DNA of 64,000 nt, from contig OY759599.1 in NCBI GenBank assembly GCA_963662465.1, positions 6,880,001 to 6,944,000 of the forward strand, given 5' to 3'. The translations under genes were made by a program, and so were the position numbers. Shown piece by piece: positions 60,603-64,000 of the stretch (positions are counted from its first letter, which is position 1; each line of letters begins with the position of its first letter). This stretch comes from Desulfatiglandales bacterium (GTDB lineage: Bacteria; Desulfobacterota; DSM-4660; Desulfatiglandales; Desulfatiglandaceae). The notes beneath the pieces are model-generated. The model was not told the DNA's origin, searched no databases, and saw only the letters and a program-made list of their open reading frames with translations.

Positions 60603-63053
60603 ATGACTCAGTTTAATTATATCGGCGCCGAAGTTCCCAGACCCGATGCCCCTGACAAAGCGGCCGGCAAGGCCATTTATATTCACGATCTTGAGCGGCC
60701 CGGCATGCTCTACGGCAAGATCAAATTCAGCGATTATGCCCACGCCAGGATTAAACATATCGATACCTCCAGGGCCGAAAAACTTCCCGGGGTTCGTGCG
60801 GTCATTACCGGCTACAATACGCCGGAGATCCGCATTGGGTTTATCAAGGACAATTTTACTCTGAAACGGGACAAGGTCAGGCAGTTCCGGGATGAAGTGG
60901 CGGCCGTTGCGGCCACCGATCCGGATATCGCCGCCGAGGCCGTCAGTTTGATCCGGGTGGAATACGAGGAACTCCCCGGGATTTTTTCGCCCACCGAGGC
61001 CCTCGGGGAAGACTCGCCCATTGTCCATGAAATCGATTTGAAGGGGAGGCCCAAGACGGACAACAGGGTTCCCGTGCCGTGGAAATTTGTCGCCGGGGAT
61101 GTGGAAAAGGCCAAGGAAACCGCCGCCTACCTGGTGGAGGAAGATTACACAACCCCTTTGATACAGCAGTCCTGTATGGGAACAGCGGGGTGCATTGCCG
61201 AGTTTGACCTGTCCAGTAATCTGATCATCCATACCAAAACCCAGATTCCCTTCCTGGCCCAGAACGATTTCAATCAGGCCCTTCGAGATATGGGTCTCAA
61301 AGGCAAAAGAAGCCGGGTGATTATTCCGACCCTGGGGGGATCATTCGGCAGCGGTCTTGACACCCACGCGTATGAATTCATCTCCATTCTTCTGGCCTAC
61401 AGGACCGGGAGACCGGTCAAGATCGTCTTGAACCGTGAAGAAGAATTCACGGCCCTCTCACCCCGTCAGCCCACGGAAACCCACATCATCCAGGGATGCG
61501 ACAAAAATGGAAAAATGGTGGTGCGGGAGATTCGGATGGTGCTGGACAACGGCGCCTATACCTCCTGGGGGGCCACCACGCCCAGCGTTATGATGATTCC
61601 CGCATCTTCCATTTACCGGGTGCCCAATGTATTGTTCAAGACCGACATCGTTTACACCAACAACACCTATTGTCAGGCTATGAGAGGATACGGCAATCCT
61701 CAGGTGGCCTGGGCCATGGAAAGCAATATGGACCAACTGGCCGAGGCTGCGGGCATTGATCCCTTTGAATTTCGGATGATCAACCGCAACATCCCCAACG
61801 AGACCACCCCCATGGGTCTCAAGGTGTCCACCTGCGGCATGAAGGAATGTCTGGAATCGGTGGCGGAAAAGCTGGATTGGAAGTCCATCTGTGGAAAGAG
61901 TGATTTGAAGCGCGGGTCCATCGATACCTGCACCACCCTTATGGGCAGCACGCCGGCAAAGGCGAAAGGCGTGGGTATGGCGGCCCTGTTTCATGTGGGC
62001 GGTTCGGGCCGGGTTTACCGGTCGGACGGTTCCGGCATCATTCTGAAAATTGATGATTTCGGCGATGTTTCAGTGGTGTCCGGCGGTGTTGAGATGGGGC
62101 AGGGCTTTGATTCGGCTCTGGCCCTGGCCACGGCGGAGGCCCTGGGGGTCAGTGTGGATCATGTAAAGGTGGTAACGGGGGATACGGCTACCTGCCCCTG
62201 GGATGTGGGGACCCATGCCAGTCGCGGGGCCTTTACCTCCTGCAACGCCGCCATCATGGCCGCGGACAAGGCCCGGAAAAAGATTTTCAACCTGGCCAGC
62301 GAGCATTTTATGCTCCGCATCAAGGGCCGCATGAAAAAAATGAAACGGAAGGACCCGGATTTCGAGATTCCCGATTTGCGTTATGAAGCGATATTTGATC
62401 CTTCTGATTTTGATATGAAGGAAAATCGTATTTTTCTGAAATCAAAACCCGATGATCCCATCCTTCATGTGACCCTGGAAGAAATCCTGCGGGCCGCCCA
62501 CTACAAGGAGCAGGGCGCCATGGTCATCGAGGAAGCCTTTTATGACCCCCCGAACCAGATGCTGGATGCCCGAACCGGTCGCGGCAACATGAGTTCCACC
62601 TATATCGTCGGTGCTCAAGGGGCCTGTGTGGAGGTGGATCTGGAAACGGGTAAGGTGGAGATCTTGAAAATCGCGGCGGCCCATGACGTGGGGCAGGTGT
62701 TGAACCGGCAGACCATCAAGGGTCAGATTTACGGCGCTCTGGCCCAGGGCATCGGGTATGCCCTTTCCGAGGAGTACAAAACCCGGGAGGGTCGGAATTT
62801 GAATCCCAATTTTCTGGATTATAAGATCCTGTCGGCGCCCGATCTGAATTTTCCCATCGAGATAGACTGTATTGAAACCCACGACAAGACAGGTCCTTTC
62901 GGCGCCAAGGGGGTGGGGGAACCGGGGCTGGTGCCCACGGCGCCCGCCATTGCCAATGCCGTTTACGATGCCATCGGCGTCCGTATTCGGGATCTGCCCA
63001 TTACGCCGGAGAAGATCCTGGCGGCCCTGGATGAGAAGAGAAGAAAGAGATAA
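60603..63053 (+). CDS. XDH-family molybdopterin-binding subunit
   Basis: [24 protein letters not shown]. Confidence 0.93.
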   Translation: MTQFNYIGAEVPRPDAPDKAAGKAIYIHDLERPGMLYGKIKFSDYAHARIKHIDTSRAEKLPGVRAVITGYNTPEIRIGFIKDNFTLKRDKVRQFRDEVAAVAATDPDIAAEAVSLIRVEYEELPGIFSPTEALGEDSPIVHEIDLKGRPKTDNRVPVPWKFVAGDVEKAKETAAYLVEEDYTTPLIQQSCMGTAGCIAEFDLSSNLIIHTKTQIPFLAQNDFNQALRDMGLKGKRSRVIIPTLGGSFGSGLDTHAYEFISILLAYRTGRPVKIVLNREEEFTALSPRQPTETHIIQGCDKNGKMVVREIRMVLDNGAYTSWGATTPSVMMIPASSIYRVPNVLFKTDIVYTNNTYCQAMRGYGNPQVAWAMESNMDQLAEAAGIDPFEFRMINRNIPNETTPMGLKVSTCGMKECLESVAEKLDWKSICGKSDLKRGSIDTCTTLMGSTPAKAKGVGMAALFHVGGSGRVYRSDGSGIILKIDDFGDVSVVSGGVEMGQGFDSALALATAEALGVSVDHVKVVTGDTATCPWDVGTHASRGAFTSCNAAIMAADKARKKIFNLASEHFMLRIKGRMKKMKRKDPDFEIPDLRYEAIFDPSDFDMKENRIFLKSKPDDPILHVTLEEILRAAHYKEQGAMVIEEAFYDPPNQMLDARTGRGNMSSTYIVGAQGACVEVDLETGKVEILKIAAAHDVGQVLNRQTIKGQIYGALAQGIGYALSEEYKTREGRNLNPNFLDYKILSAPDLNFPIEIDCIETHDKTGPFGAKGVGEPGLVPTAPAIANAVYDAIGVRIRDLPITPEKILAALDEKRRKR

Positions 63054-63128
63054 GGGGGCAGGGGGCAGGGGGCAGGAACAACTTTCCATTGAGAACCTTG
63101 CACCCTGCACCCTGAACCTTACACCCTT
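63053..63128. repeat. 7-bp-period repeats in inverted arrangement
   Basis: (AGGGGGC)x3 ... AACCTTG CACCCTG CACCCTG AACCTTA CACCCTT. Confidence 0.8.
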
Positions 63129-63142
63129 CACAGGAGGCATGC

Positions 63143-64000
63143 ATGTCTGATAAAATATACCGGTTGGGGTGTGATATCGGCGGAACCTTTACCGATTTTG
63201 TGTTGCTCAATGACCGGACCGGGGAACTCACCATCAATAAGTGTCTGACCACGCCGAAGGACCCTTCGGATGCGGTGGAATACGGCATAAGGCAACTGGA
63301 TAAGATGGTCCCCGGTTTTGTTAAGTGTCTGGATGAGGTGATCCATGGCACTACCCTGGTGATCAATTCCATCATCGAACGAAAGGGCGCCAGAACGGGC
63401 CTCATTACCACCCGGGGGTTCCGGGATGTGCTGGAATTGGGCCGGGAGATCCGGTATGCGCCCTACGATGTGTTCGCCGAATTTCCAAAACCCCTCATTC
63501 CCCGCAGCCTTCGGTTTGAGCTGGATGAACGGCTGAGAAGCGACGGCACGGTGTTGAAACCCCTGGACCCTGATGAAGCGCGAAAAGTGGTGCGGCAAAT
63601 GCTTCAAATGGGTGTGGAATCCATTGCGGTGTGTCTCCTCAATTCCTTTGAAAATCCGGCTCACGAACAGATGGTTAAGGACATTGTTCTGGAAGAAGCC
63701 CCGGATATTTCCGTGTGTATTTCCTATGAAGTACTGCCCCAGATCCGGGAGTATGAGCGGACCAGCACCACGGCCACCAATGCCTATGTGAAGCCGCTCA
63801 CCGGGAAATATCTGTACAAACTGGCGGGGCGCCTGGAAAGTCTGGGGTCTACGGGCAAGCTGTTTATCATGCTGAGTAGCGGCGGCATTACCTCCATCAA
63901 GACCGCGGCTGAATTTCCCGTGCGGATCATCGAGTCAGGTCCCACGGCGGCGGTCATCTCCGGCCAGTATTACGGCAAGCTGTTCGATATCCGTGAAATC
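63143..64000 (+). CDS. Hydantoinase A/oxoprolinase family, partial (runs off the window)
   Basis: Not in the ORF track. ATG at 63143 (RBS AGGAGG): MSDKIYRLGCDIGGTFTD, HGTT, GFRD, EYERTSTT, ESGP. Confidence 0.93.
   Translation, partial: MSDKIYRLGCDIGGTFTDFVLLNDRTGELTINKCLTTPKDPSDAVEYGIRQLDKMVPGFVKCLDEVIHGTTLVINSIIERKGARTGLITTRGFRDVLELGREIRYAPYDVFAEFPKPLIPRSLRFELDERLRSDGTVLKPLDPDEARKVVRQMLQMGVESIAVCLLNSFENPAHEQMVKDIVLEEAPDISVCISYEVLPQIREYERTSTTATNAYVKPLTGKYLYKLAGRLESLGSTGKLFIMLSSGGITSIKTAAEFPVRIIESGPTAAVISGQYYGKLFDIREI

Overview
Bacterial window, probably an anaerobic Desulfobacterota-type organism (inferred from gene content and ~50-55% GC). (1) 1-31.9 kb, minus strand: a catabolic region. 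It holds a 7.06-kb five-gene operon (divergent biotin carboxylase B/A pair, two phytoene-dehydrogenase-like flavoproteins and a small protein between them) present twice (2210-9269 and 24677-31736) behind different upstream regions. Between the copies lie a MarR gene and an operon of phenylphosphate-synthase-like PpsA/PpsB, a strongly divergent B12 acyl-CoA mutase, MeaB, thiolase and CoA ligase, plus an intact 2.6-kb IS that splits an ABM gene. (2) 32-42.5 kb: squalene/phytoene synthase, a MITE, vapBC, a 7xLysM amidase, an OCD-like gene and pxpABC interrupted by an ATPase-nuclease gene. (3) 42.7-48.3 kb: an accessory island with an attC-like site, RNA ligase, YggL and collapsed defence genes. 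(4) 48.5-64 kb, plus strand: EtfBA, acyl-CoA dehydrogenase, GntR, B12 mutase, TRAP, CoA ligase, XDH-family molybdoenzyme and hydantoinase, resembling the anaerobic indoleacetate (iaa) pathway, with GTAG-type REPs and 7-bp-period repeats at gene junctions. No rRNA, tRNA or CRISPR array was seen. Product calls come from motif recognition, not database searches.
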